Origin: Dipteris shenzhenensis | Taxonomy: Eukaryota | Length of the DNA: 64,000 bases | NCBI GenBank assembly: GCA_047967505.1 | Contig: CM106538.1 | Strand: one strand, 5' to 3' | Part shown: positions 22,344 through 35,400 of the stretch, piece after piece | Position numbering within the stretch: the first letter of the stretch is position 1 | How the letters are laid out: each line of letters begins with the position of its first letter | The notes under the pieces: model-generated | Databases searched by the model: none | Told to the model about the DNA's origin: nothing | The model's input: only the letters and a program-made list of their open reading frames with translations | Translations under genes and position numbers: made by a program

Positions 22344-22493
22344 AAGATGGCCTGGGACATGGGGGATCAAAAGGGTCTAGCCTTGGGTGTTGATCCAAAG
22401 GAGGCCAGGGATATAGACAAGATGGCCTGGGACATGGGGGATCAAAAGGGTCCAGCCTTGGGTGTTGATCCAAAGGAGGCCAGGGATATAGAC
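22344..22493. repeat. Tandem duplication, 2 x 75 bp
   Basis: aagatggcctgggacatgggggatc...ccagggatatagac at 22344 and 22419, one mismatch. Confidence 0.95.
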
Positions 22494-23759
22494 TGCGGAG
22501 GAGGGTAGGGATATAGTTCACGGATGTCGATCAGAGGCGCTCCAGGTCCAACAGCCAGTCCACCGACCAGAGCTCAGCAAGAGGGTCCTCAATGGGGTTG
22601 GAAATGCCAAAGGCATCGTCAAAATGAGTCACATATCGGACAAGCTGGGGTGACTCCTTCCTGCCACTTGGTTCGCGGGTTTATAGAGATCCTGGATATT
22701 ATTTCTCATAGCTGCTGCCTTTGTGATATGGATGCCTAGTAGCTTTTCTATTTCCCTTAGTAGCTTCACATAATAATGTAGCAGCTGTGGCACAGTAGGC
22801 TGGGGAAACTCACGGATCCGAGCAACGATAAGGCAACTTTTAGCCTTATGAATACTGTGCCTGCGAGCAGCTCAGTCTTGAACAAAAATATAAAAATTTC
22901 GGATGGCGGTTGTAGATGGACACTTCTCGAGTGACCAGGCTGAGTATTCCGTCGTGGAGAGGCTGTGGTGGTGCGGGCAGATTAGGATTGACAGGATCTA
23001 TGTGTATCCAAGCCTTGTGGTGGATAGGAAACTGGTTGTGCTCGGGTACATGGTGTAAGGCAACTGGAATGATATCTTGCCCGTTCAAAACGGCTCCAAA
23101 AACCCGCTTAGGCAAACTCTGAGTGGCCATCTCAAAAACTTGTTTCGCCAAAAGAGAAACCTGGACACTTGTCTCAGCAAAAAGAGTTAAGTGTGCCTAA
23201 GTTCCCACTTCAACTCGTGATCGGCTGTGCCTTGACCCAAAGGGTCTAACAGCAACATGGCCTATGCAATGTTGTCTTGTACTGCCTTAGATTGCCATGA
23301 ACCAATTGCTGCACTCTTAGAACTGGAGGCCGGCTTTTGAATGATCAGCCGGGTCTGAGGGATGGCCTACAAAAAATGGAGAGGCCCGGTCTGATCTGCT
23401 GCTGAGTCGTCGTCATTAGGCTCTTTCCGCTTGGGCTTCGCTAGAAGCTCGTCGAGTGCTTGGAGGAGCCAGATGATGATTGAAGATGGGCATAACGGAC
23501 CGCTTTCCCTTGGAGCTGCGCATTTGGATTTGAAACCTCCATCTCTTCCATGGCCCGTCAGAGCCTTGTGTTGTCTGCTCTAAGATTGACCGCTTCGTCC
23601 TATGACTTTTGTAGGATTTGCTGGTTGGCTCGGGCATTCTGGCATCCTCCAGCACTAACTACAGTCGAGCAACTTCGGCTGCCATGGTGACCTAGGAAGC
23701 CTGCAGTCTGGAGTTGACAGCGAGGAGCTTCTCTACCTCACAATGGGGTTGCCAATATC

Positions 23760-24738
23760 CCACTGTAACTCGGTGTGGGTGTGTTGATGCACCACCAGCT
23801 CATCATAAACCCTCAGTGCATTACTGACTTCACTGGAGCACCTCTCCCCCTAGGGGCTGATCATACATACCTTTTCTTTAGCATCTCTACCCCCTTTCGC
23901 ATAGCACCTTCCACCCCACTCAGTTCTTACTCCACCTACCACGATATACGCTTTAATCACGATCACTCACTTTCTTACTCTGGCCGTCTGGGAGCTACTG
24001 AACATTTTGTTTAGTAACAACTCTAAGGACTTCTAGCGGAGATTTCAAGAAGGGTGGTCCCCTCCGCCACTCACTGACTCTCAGATCTGGTTTGATTAGC
24101 CACGCACACTTTATGACATCCAAATCAGCCAGTCCCTAATCTCTCACACATGCCTCGTCCCACATCTTGCACCCTCTTCACTAGAGGAGGAGTAAAGGAT
24201 GCCGTAATGAAACTTCATAATGGCCGAGCGAAGGATCATGAGGGGTTACGCATTGAGTTCATTGCATATGGGATTAACCTCCTAGCCTCGATCTTAGCAA
24301 AGCTATTCAATGAAGCTGTTTGCTTGGGGTTTCCACGCACGTGGACCATTAACACTATCTCACCCATTCACAAGGCAGGGGATCCCATGAGCCCGGAGAA
24401 CTACAGGACCATTATGATTGGACATGTCATGTCCAAGATTTATGCATTAGCAGATTTGCGGAGTGTCGAGGACTAAGAGCAGCAGGATAGGCCGGTTTCA
24501 GCGGGATCATGGGACCATGGATCACATTCTCATGCTCAGATATATCATCGAGGAGGCGAGGGCACGGAAGCAGAGGGTTTATTGTTGCTTTGTGGATTTC
24601 CGCAAGGCATTTGAAACGGTTCTGAGAGCCCGCCTCATACGATGCCTACAGGATTTGGGTTACGACCAGGAGATCATTTGGGCTGTCATGGCACTTTATG
24701 AGCGAGTTTCAAGCAGAGTCCGGATAGGATCTGGATGG
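23760..24738 (+). mobile_element. RTE-X-like LINE internal fragment
   Basis: GADH; LHNGRAKDHEGL, HKAGDPMSPENYRTIMIGH (24150-24476); FQRDHGTMDH, YCCFVDFRKAF (24463-24738). Confidence 0.9.
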
Positions 24739-27165
24739 GCAATCGTAGCGGATGCTATGGGATACTTTATGCAGGCTACCAGTCATGGCACTTTGGGCCT
24801 TGATCTGCCTATCTGGCAAGAGCAGGAGCTTCTGGACACTGAGTTTGCTGATGACATGGCACTGACAGTCAGAGGAGATGCATATAGTCTTGCTACTACT
24901 GCGGATTCAATTGACAAGTTCTGCCTAGCCTCAGGGGGACTTGTCAATTGGAACAAATCAAAAGGCATCTGGACTGGAGCTCAGCAGGATACCCCAACAT
25001 GGGGAGGAGACAGAGGCTTTGTATGGATACCCAGAGGCACCTCCACGAGATATCTAGGCTTCCAGGTTGGCATTGAGGTGTCCCTGATGCAACAGTTTGC
25101 CCCAGCTCTTGAGAGTATCCGGAGAAAGCTAGCCTACTGGAGTACGGCTAGACTTTCTTTGGCCGGAAGAGCGCTGGTACTCAACCAGGTTCTACTAGCG
25201 ACTATGTGGTACGTTGCGTCATGTTGGTGCTTTCATGCTGACTCGATCCGTCAGGTGAGGAGATTGCTTCGGAACTTTCTGTGGAGTGGTGGTGATGGTT
25301 CTGAGGACACTAGGGCCAGAGTTTCACGGGATACTATCACTTTACCCTCCTCGCAGGGAGGACTCGGGGTTCTTGATCCAGAGATGCAGAGCAGAGCCCT
25401 TTTAGTCAAACTTCTTGTTAGAGGTTTGACTCCAGGAGATTAGCCATGGAAGCAGTTCCTACTGCATGGGATTCACCAGTGCACCCCCAGAGCAGCAGGC
25501 CAGTGGGTAGGTAGAGTCAGTTGGATCTTCCTGACGGACCAACATTCTCAGCCTTCCTCACCACTTGTGAAAAGGCTTATTCAGATCTGGGATCATTTTC
25601 GACAGCACCTCATCAGAGCAGTTCCCTCCTCCAGAGAGGAAATTGCCCGACATCCACTTCACCATAACCCCCTGGTTCGGTATCAGGGATCTTCCCCTGG
25701 TACAGAACTTAGGACTCCCTTGGCCCGATGGCATGCTCAGGGGGTTGTGACAGTTGGAGATTGGTTCAGGGGAGATGTGGAGATGTCAGAGGAGGTGATC
25801 AGAGATAGACACGGGCCACTTGGACAGATTGCTGCCACCAGATTACTGATCATGAGAGCTATTCCTCAGCAGTGGAGGGATATACTTACAGATCCAGCCT
25901 ATGTTCACCCCATCTCTAGTTGGTTAGGTTGTTTTAGTGAGGCTGGGCTATGCATTGGAGTTCGTTTAGGACCGGCGCCGTTTATTTATTTTGAGACGGA
26001 CTCCTCTCACAGATTGTATCCCACTCAGCCCCTGGATCGACAGGAGCTCCTTTGGCAGAGAGTCAGGGTCATTCGTTGCATGGGTAAGGAATGGGCCACA
26101 GATCCTTCCAGGTTGACCATTGCAGAGGATACTAGATGGAGACTTTGGATTTTTCAAGGTCGACCTCTTGCGGAGCTTGATTGGGACCCAGGTGAGTGGG
26201 CATGGCCTGCTCCGGTGGTAGGCGATCGTCCTCTTTTCTTTTTTCAGTACTCGACGACGGCAGGTTACAGGCTTCAGCAGAGAGACTCTCATCACCTACC
26301 ATCTGCCTCCCAGCATTGGCACGCACAGGGACTTACTACAGAGCTCTTGCTGAGCTACTGGACTCACTTTTGGGGCATCAGTAGAGCCAGGAAAGTCTTC
26401 TACTTTCTTTGGCTCACTATACATAGGGGCATACCTGTGGGTACTTGGCTTCAGCAGATGGGTAGACCCTCCTTGTGTATGTGTTGTCAGCTTGCAGAGG
26501 AATCTAGCAAGCATTGTTTATGGAGCTGCCCCAGCTCTAGAGTGGTCTGGACAAGTATCTTCAGGTTGTTCTCACATGTTACATCCGAGTCCTTTTTGAT
26601 GACATGGGGCGCTGCCCTTTGGGGGAGAGGATCTGGAGCCTTTACTCTCTTTGAGTCAGAGCCAGGAGACCACGGTTTCTTCATGCAGCGTCGCCAGAGA
26701 CAGGGTCCCACAGAGGCCAGCATCATGGAGCCGCAGGATTTGCTTTTGGTACCTGTACCAGCTCAGGATTCCCTGCCTACTTCAGCTGCAGGGTCAGCCT
26801 GGGAGGTGATTTCCAGCATTACCCTATGGCGGATATGGTGTTTGCGATGTTCTTTTGTCCTTGGGGGCCATTTATGCACGGAGGCTGACACTCGCTTCCA
26901 TTTGGGCGGAGATTATCTTCACTCTCAGGAGTCAGTGGGAACGGTGTACAGGCACCTCTTTGGCAACTCGTGGGAGACTTATATCCTTCATGAGGACATG
27001 GGACTGCTCATTATTTTTTCATTTGACCCCTTTTGGGATGTCGTGGCATTTTAGACCACCACCATGGCTTTTTTGCCACATTGTTGAGGCTAGGGATAGA
27101 GTACTTTCTCTCCCACCTGTTGTATGATTCGTTTTGAATGGAATATATCACTCTTTTATTAAAAT
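24739..27165 (+). mobile_element. 5'-truncated L1-clade LINE (second subfamily)
   Basis: EFADD, VNWNKS, RYLGF, LSLAGRALVLNQVL, GGLGVLD; ORF 25567-27054 with WDPGEW and CMCC..ESSKHCLWSC; ends WHFRPPPWLF; 3' end approximate. Confidence 0.92.
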
Positions 27166-27289
27166 TTGATCGCTTTATTTGTAGATTTAGCTTCTCCATT
27201 ACCTTGTGCATAAGAAATTATAGACTGTATGCATAATCTTGACTTCATCCTTTTGCATTTACATGACTTCATTTAGAAAGTGTGACCTT

Positions 27290-27645
27290 GATCACTGACA
27301 ATTTGTATTGGGCACCCGTATCTATAGAGTAACTGAGTCAAATTCTCAGGTTCTGGCATTTGCTGAATGATGAATTCTACCCAGTTTTGTTCGGATACTA
27401 TCTTGTGAAATCACATGCCTAAGGGAAATACCAATCGGACACCGAAAACATTCTTAGCTGGATTAAGTGAAATGCCTACTTGCCTGCATCGCTGAAATAC
27501 TTTTTCCAAAAAGCATAGAGGATCTTGATCTATAGAGTACAGACAAGTACAGACAAAAATCATCCAAATAAATGGCTTTGAATTTAGTCAGATAGTCTCT
27601 GAAAGTTTCAACCATGAACTTTTGAACCAAACGACGCTCAAACCT
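27290..27645 (-). mobile_element. Gypsy RT fragment
   Basis: Minus strand ETFRDYLTKFKAIYLDDFCLY, followed in shifted frames by GISLNPAK and HVISQD. Confidence 0.75.
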
Positions 27646-27679
27646 ACATGATCGTTTTGACAATGAGAGGCTTCCAAAA

Positions 27680-28023
27680 TCATGATGTTGCATCTCAATC
27701 AGATAGAGCCCAACACAAACCTGGTCGGGAAAATGGATTAACCATGAAAGCGGACCAAAGCCATGCCCCCCCTGAAGGAGGCAGTGATATCGTCCTCGGA
27801 TCTCATAGTAGACTGGACAGACACATAGAAAGTGCTTCTCTATCTCGACCTCCCCTATCGGGCATAGTCTGTAGATCCTTTGCTCTTTGGGTATGCCTGC
27901 AGCTCTCCCTGCTGCAATCCGCAGTTGATGTGACAAGACTCGCCGATGTCCGATGGCGATCCGCAGTGCATCTGAGACTCTCCTATCCTCGAGAAATGAG
28001 GTCTGATGATGTTACCATACTCC
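27680..28023 (-). mobile_element. RTE-X-like C-terminal fragment
   Basis: SHQLRIAAGRAAGIPKEQRIYRLCPIGEVEIEKHFLCVCPVYYEIRGRYHCL. Confidence 0.85.
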
Positions 28024-29100
28024 GAAAGAAAGAAAGAAAGAAAGTTTATTAAAGTCTTCGGAAGACCGATGGGTCTATGAGACTGTGAAAATCCTGATAC
28101 AATAAGCTGTGGTAGTGAAGCTACTAAACGAGCATCCATACCAATGCAAAATGGCAGTACTAAGTCCTAAGTACAACATAGTCATGTCGATGGTTGACTA
28201 TATATCAATCTCAGCATCGTCATCAATATCATCATCATCATCGGCAACAGCAAGATATCAGGATGGATGAGGCAATGGAGGCATGAAGTCGGCAATAGAG
28301 TGCTGTCGGCCACTCAGAGGTGCGGTCCTAGCACGTCTCCTAGTCGTAGCTTTGCGTCTAACCAGGGCTATTGTGACCCCCGTCAGTCGGGCTCTGACTC
28401 TAAACAAGGAGGGGATGTCCCCAAGTGTGATCTGTGTATCGACCCTCTGTCTGAGCTGTCGGCTCACAGGCTCCGAGTCACGGTCATGTCGAGGCCTCGT
28501 CTCGTGGGGGTCCATGTGATCTAGCTGAAAGAATTCCGTGATAGAGCTCTGAGAGGGATTAGCTGAGGAAGAAGTCTGCTCCTGTCTCCGTGCTCGGAGT
28601 ATCCTCTCACGGTGTCTAAGTGCCTCATGAATGAAACCTGCCAAACACTGCTGGTATGGGTAGGAGAGGAAACAGGCCAAAATCCCATAACTATCCTTGA
28701 AGAGGCAGTGGAAACACCCTCGGATCTCATAGTACACATGACACCTGAAGATGAAATGCTCCTCTGTCTCAACCTCCTGCATGTCACACAGTGTGCATAT
28801 GTGCCTCTCCCTGGGTAGTTGCTCTGCTCTGCCACTCTCGATGCAAAGTCTGTGTGAAGAGACCCGAAACTACCCAAGAGAGATCCTCAGCGAGTGGGGT
28901 AGGTGAATCTGCGTGTATCTAGGTGGGTCAATGAAACCCTCCGCTATGATATATAAGAAGTGATCTCTGTAGAAGCTAAGCTGCTTCAGTGGAAGTTCAC
29001 TCAGTCCCAACCAGGTTCGAAATGTATGTAGTTGTAGTAGATCCTCATGGATAACTTGGTTGACATCGTGTGATAAGAGGGGAGAAAACTGAGCATCCAA
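28024..29100 (-). mobile_element. 5'-truncated RTE-X-like LINE with (TTTC)n tail
   Basis: (GAAA)n at ~28024-28043 plus AATAAA and a 3' UTR homologous to 48590-48790; ORFs 28258-28782 (VETEEHFIFRCHVYYEIRG) and 28870-29100. Confidence 0.9.
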
Positions 29101-29161
29101 GAGAGACCCTCAAGAAGTGGTCATGGTAAAAGTGGATCTTTGGGGGGGGGGGGGGGGGGGG

Positions 29162-30705
29162 AAGAGAGAGAGAGAGAGAGGCTCGCGGGCCTATGGGACA
29201 AAGTACGGAATCAAGTAACTCATATAGACCACCACTGTGGGCCGGGACAAAGGGCTCACTAAGGCCCTTGTTGAGTACTAAAATGGTATACTAGTACAAA
29301 ATAGCAAAGTAGCAAAGTAGCAAAATGCAAAATGAGAAAGAAAGAAAGATATCAAGTGCTCAGAGCTAGAGTCCCAAGTGCGTGGACCAGCTCTACGTAT
29401 CCAAGCTCCATGATGGCTCTCTGCTGAGATGCAAAGAGCTCACGTATCTGCATTTGTCGGGATGTCTCCCGTGGTGGTGGAGGACATGGTCTCCTCCATC
29501 TCTGGATCCGATGGGCTATGCCAAGAGTGATGCCTCGCCTCGGTCGATCTCCCCTAAGGAGAGCTGAAATAGGTCAAACCTCGATCATGTGTGCTCTGGT
29601 CTCCTGTCGCGCCGTGTACGATCTCTGTGCCCCTCGTCTGGCAGTGCTGTGTTCGCTACCTCCACTGATCCATATATCTCTCATGTTGACTAGCGCCTCC
29701 TCCTCTATCCCAGAGTGCCCTGGGGCCGAGTCAAATGCATAGAAATCTGTGACCTGTCTCTGCGCTCGGTCTACCTCGGTACCCTGTGGTGCGGTGGTCC
29801 CATCCCCTTGCTCTGTGATATGTGGTAGTAGTATCTCCCTGTGTCGTCGCATCTCCATCAGGTAGAGCCCAATGCAGACCTGGTCCTAGAAATGGATCAG
29901 TCGTCGTGAGAGTGTGCCAAAGCTGTATCCCTCCTGAAAAAGGCAATGGTAGCGCCCTCGAATCTCATAGTAGGCTGGGCAGACACACAGAAAGTGCTCC
30001 TATGTCTCGATCGCCCCCATCGTGCACAATCTGCAAGTCCGCTGCTCTCTGGGTATGCGTGCAGCTCTCCCTATCTCGATCCTCGCTGATGGGACGAGAC
30101 CCACATCTGTCCGATGGCAATCCTCAGTGCATGTGAGACTCCTCTGTCCTCGAGATACTGAGGTTTGATGATGAGCCCGTCTTCCGATACTCTCAGAAAG
30201 TGGTCATAGTAGAGTTGGGTCTTAGTGGGGAACTCCTGGTCCCCCCTCCAAGTGCGAGATGTGGGGAGCTGGAGGGGATCTAACCGTATGATGTGGGGAG
30301 CTAGAGGGGATCTAACCGTATGATGTGGTTAATCTCATCTCGTGGGATCAACTCGGGCGGTGCATCTATGCTATACTGAAATGAGGGAGGCCGATCCATC
30401 CGAATCCCATGACTGGTGAACCATGTGGTGATGCGTGCAAACCATGCTATACCTGCCCCAGTCGTATGGAGGACTCTAGTGCCAGTCTCGGAAGTCTCTC
30501 ACGAGGTAGGTCCCAAACTCTGTGGAGGAAAGTCACTGTCTGAAAGATGGCATTAACCTGGAGAGGGGTCATGGCAAACTCTGCCTGTACTATCTGATGG
30601 GGGACCGAGGGCTTACTCCGAATCATCTTGGAGCCCATAATCACCTGTAGCCGCTCGAATCTCTTCCACTCTGCTGAATCTCTAAAAAATTCTGGCTGCA
30701 AGCAT
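29162..30705 (-). mobile_element. 5'-truncated RTE-X-like LINE ending in (TC)n
   Basis: ORFs 30447-30701 (ERLQVIMGSKMIRSKPSVPH), CCHC region 29930-30080, 29574-29858; 3' terminal gtcccataggcc motif abuts (GA)n at ~29162-29180. Confidence 0.88.
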
Positions 30706-30714
30706 CAGAGCTGT

Positions 30715-31300
30715 TGCTCCTCCTCGACCCTTGCCGCCCCCTCTCCCTCAACTCCTCTCTCCCTCCCCCTCCCTCGCCCTCAGCCCCTCCCCCTCCCCCT
30801 CCCTCCCCCTCCTCTCCCTCTCAGCCCGCTCCCCCTTCCCCTCCTCTCCCTCTCCCCGCCTCAGCCTTCTCCTCTCCCCCGCCCCCTACCCTCCGCCTCA
30901 GCCATCTCGTCTACCCCCCTCTCCACTCCCCCGCTCCCTACCCCCCGCCTCAGACCTCTCCTCTCCCCTGCTCCCTACCCCACCTCAGCCCTCTCCTCTA
31001 CCCCCCTCTCTTCTCCCCCGCTCCCTACCCCCCGCCTCAGCTCTCTCCTCTCCCCCACTCCCTACCCACCGCCTCAGCCATCTCCTCTACCCCCCTCTCC
31101 TCTCCCCCACTCCCTACCCCCCTGCCTCAGCCCTCTCCTCTACCCTTTCTTCATGCTCCCTGCCCCTCCTCCCTCTCCCTCTTCTCCTTCTCCTCCTCCT
31201 CCTCCTCTTCCTCCCTTCTCATCCTCCCCTTCATTCCTTTCCTCCTCAGCCCCTCCTCCTCCTCCTCCTCCTCCTCAACTCATCTTCCTCCTCCTCCTCT
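30715..31300. repeat. C/T-rich low-complexity tandem tract
   Basis: Repeated ccgcctcagccctctcctctaccccc-type units and (CCT)n. Confidence 0.9.
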
Positions 31301-32110
31301 CCCGGGCAGCTTAGTGCGGAAGGAACCTTGTTCGTGTTTGAGTCGGCCTCTCCCACCTTGATTGGCGATGGCTGTGCCTTCAACAAATCTCCGTCCACTC
31401 CCACCGGCCGCGAAAACAGTTGTTTTTTCAAAAGACGAGTTGCAGCAGCTCAAAAAAGATACTGACCAAGAGAGCTCGACATCTTTGCTTGCATCCATGG
31501 GTCCCACCCTTCTAGGTTACAAGCCAGGGACTGGATGCTCGCCACTCTACTTGGAGACCTTGCAGGGCACCTTACAAATGTTTGTCTGCTTGGGTGAGGT
31601 TTCTTCCAGACTCCTCGAAGGTAGATCGTACAATGCTACAGGCTAGCCCGTTAGCACTGAGCTCCAAGAGGATTTTTTTGACCCCTTTTTCTTTGGGGTT
31701 TGATCCTATCGAGGAAGACAGCCGGACGACGTCACTTTTCATCAGATTTCCAGGCCTTCCTCAGGTGTACCATCGATTGCTACATTCCATTGGAGCCGCC
31801 TTTGGAGTTGTTACTAAGATCCCCCCTCTCCCTGAGATGCCTACTGTAGTAATAAACGAAGTCAAGTCCGATGGGGTACTACGTCTTAGGGTCATTGTCT
31901 CTGACCCTAACATCTCGGATGACCACATTATGCTTCAGCATCCAGATGGCTCCTTCTTCTGATAGAGAGTCGAGATTGCAGGGAGACAGGATCAATGTAG
32001 AATTTGCAGGATCCTTGGGCATTTTTGCGAGAGATTGCCCAAGGAAAAAGAAAAGACCAAAAAGATCCACGAGTGCGCCTCATAACTTCACCCGACTTGG
32101 ACCTTCTTCA
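31300..32110 (+). pseudogene. L1 ORF1 fragment (DUF4283-like region + CCHC knuckle)
   Basis: SLFIRFPGLPQVY..LHSIGAAFG (31582-31962), then frameshifted CRICRILGHFARDCP at ~31995-32040. Confidence 0.75.
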
Positions 32111-32400
32111 TGACCAATTCCTACCACCTCACGCGCTGCTAGACATAGTTCAAAGAAACGTTTCAATACTTACAAAACATGAAACGTTTCAAAAAAACAG
32201 GGGGCGTTTCAAAAATTGAGTTTGTATATTTGGGTCTTAATAAATGCAAATTTTAAGCCCTGCATACATATAGTATACTGAAACTATGTAAGCTAAGCTA
32301 AAAATTCACAAAATTCGTTCATACAATGCCTATAATGTCCAATGATTTTGGAGTACTCTAGTCTGTAAGTTGTTACTAGCTAGTTGTTACAGAAGACTAG

Positions 32401-35400
32401 GAAGGCCCCCTCCCCCAATTAGGGGAGAATTTGCTTTATACTTGGAGAACTAAGAAATACAAAGAACACTCCTCGAGAGAGCACGGAACGCGCTTCTGAA
32501 GAGCTCACTGTGCACACGTATAGTAGACCCAAAGACTGAGAGGCAATGCCGACCAATACGGAGACCTTGATGCTGTCCACAGTGACGATGTAGGATGCTT
32601 CTGCAAGGCAAGGAAGAGGCTTGTGCTGTCCACCGGAATGCAGGGTTACTGCGTGAGTGAGAGAGTGAAAGCTGAGAGTAATAGATACTGAGAGAGAGCT
32701 GAGATACGACTGAGAGAATAGAGCTAAGAGATAGGCTGTGTAGCCTGTAAAAGAAAGCTGAGAAAGATGATTAAGCGGTCTCCAAACCTCTCTCCGTTTG
32801 CTGGTCCAAACCTCCGACTGTGGTGCTGCGTGGACAGCTTCAGATCAGGCTGAACTGATGGCCAAGGGACTGAGGCTAGAGCAGGGCCAGATCTTAGGAG
32901 TTCAGGGGCTGCACAAGGAGGCTGAAGAGGGCAGCAAAGGGGCCCTTTTAGCCGACCCAGTCAACCGACTGGGTCGGTCTGTTTTACAGACTGGTTGGCC
33001 TACAAGCAGCCTATAAATAGCCCTCCTGGCTCATTTGCCAGGGGAGTTTTTGGGCAGCATTTGCAGGCTGCTTTCCCTGCTTACCTGTCCAGCCTTTGGG
33101 GGCCCTAAAGGGGCTCCTAACCTAAGCTAAGACCTAACCTATAAGATGGAAAAACTAACCTACTGTTCTCCAGTGGGCACTAATGAGCAAGAACTGAATT
33201 GTTGACTTGACCTAAGGCTGAGAGATTGACCTACGTAGCTTGTGCCTGACTGTCCCTGGACAAAGGCTCACAAAGGGGTCACAGCATATGACAAAATCTC
33301 CTATCTGGGAACTATAACACACTTGTTGATGTAGCCAGTGTGTCACTTTGCACCCAAGTGCAGGGGTGCATGTGACATTCTCTCCTTCTTAACTTGGCGG
33401 TAGGCTCATTGCTTCCAAGTAGTCCTCCAATATCTGGGGAAACTCTTGGAAAAAATCTTCGTCCAACCACACTGCTTCATGGGTAGCTCGATCACGGAAC
33501 TTGGTGTAAAACTCACGGATCCTACGTCCTGACCCATGCTTGAATTTATGAAGAAGGATATGTTATGGCTGCAAAACTTCGTCTTCATCAAGAACTTCAG
33601 GTTGTTGCTCGTTGGAAATCTCTGAAAGAGGAGGTCCAAAATATGGCTTCAACCAACCTACATGGAACACGTTGTGCATAGTCCAACTGTCTGGTAGGCG
33701 TAACTTCATTGAGACATCGTTGATCTTTTGAATAATAGGGAATGGTCCGAAGCTCCTGAAGGACAGCTTAGGGCATCACTTGCCCACCTGCTTCAATCTT
33801 TGCTTGATAATGCGTAAATACACCCATTGACCCTCTTTATACTGGACATCTCGTCTGGATTTGTTAGCTTGGCGCGTATACGATGCTTGAGCTTGGCGAT
33901 GCGGCTTTTCACGGACTCCGTAATTTCTGCCATTGATTCGGTGGTTATGTTGACTTCAAGAGATGGAGATACCATCTGGGTGAGGAGTGAGGTAAACCGT
34001 CGTCCAAACGCCGCTTCATAAGGTGTGCGACTGATACTTGAAGAATAGGTATTGTTTAGAATGGCCTGCACAAGCGGAAGAAACTGCTCCCACTTTCCCT
34101 GAGCATCATGACAATATGATTTCAAAATATCAAATGCCATACCATTATACTTTTCCTTTGCGCCGTTCGATTGCAGATGGAAAGCGCTGACATCTGCAAC
34201 TTAGTACCAAAATTATCAAACAAGGATCGCCAAAAGTTAGACGTAAACTTGGGAGTCCCTGTCGGATGTGATGGTCTTTGGCAACCCTCCAATGGGATAC
34301 CAATACTTGATAAATAAACGAGCTACATCTTCAACGCTGGCTGTTTATTTGCAGGGAATAAGCATACAATACTTACTAAAGCAACAAACAATAGTAAGAC
34401 ATTGAGTATTACGCGTACCTGGGGATGTTGGAAGTGGCCCCACGAAATCCATACCTATGTCCTGAAAAGGACCGTCGGGGATTGGCAATGGCATAAGTAA
34501 GCCTGCCGCTTTCTATGGGTGCAGCAAAAGGCGAGGAAGAAGGTCTAATAAACCTTGGGCGCAGTAATTGAGACAATTTTTGCTCTAACTCTCCCTCCAT
34601 AGACTTTGAAAGTCAATAAGGGAACTTACTTGGAGGTGTTGAGTCTAGAAGTAGATCAATACGATGGTCTTCCGGTCGTTTGGGAGGCAACTGGGGTGGC
34701 AGATCATCCCGGAGCCTGATGTCTTGGAAGTCTTGGAGTAGATCCACCATCGCTTGCCCCATCGGAGGAGTGGCTTGAACTGTAGTGATTTGGCAGTGGA
34801 CATAGACAAGTGCACACATGGTACCCTTGCGGGCGGCGTGACCTGCTCTAACTATCCCTCCATAGACTTTGAAAGTCAATAAGGGAACTTACTTAGAGGT
34901 GTCGAGTCCGGAAGTAGATCAATGCGATGGTCTTCCGGTCATTTGGGAGGCAGCTGGGGTGGCAGATCATCTCGGAGCATGATGTCTTGGAACTCTTGGA
35001 GTAGATCCACCATCGCTTGCCCCATCGTGAAGGTAAACCTTCCACAATCATGAAGGTGTCCTGCCGCCAATCAGGCATCGGAACATGCTCACGGAACCAT
35101 TGAATCCCGAGGATCATGTCGCACTGCAGCAAAGGAGTCAAAATAAAATCCTGCGTAAACTTGGCCTTTTGAACTGAAAAAGTGAAATGGATGGCCTTAT
35201 TCATGATGTGTGTGTGCAAGCCGGGCGTGAACCCATCCACTGCAAGCTCGTGAGGCACCAAGGTACACCCCACTGTCTTGGCAAGCTAAGGGGAGATGGC
35301 ATCTTCTGAACTCTCCATATTGAATAGGACAATAAATTGATGCGCGTTAGCTGTGCCGTACGCTCGAATGAGCGCCTTCTTTTGATGTGAGAAATCCCCC

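Noticed and set aside
22344-22493. CRISPR-like repeat array
   Set aside because: Two abutting 75-bp units with no spacers, in eukaryotic DNA
29142-29161. Poly-G run / G-quadruplex
   Set aside because: Homopolymer at a junction between LINE fragments next to (GA)n; possibly slippage or an assembly artefact
30628-31465. Long Pro/Ser/Leu-rich ORFs in all three frames (also 6431-6833)
   Set aside because: Artefact of stop-free C/T low-complexity sequence
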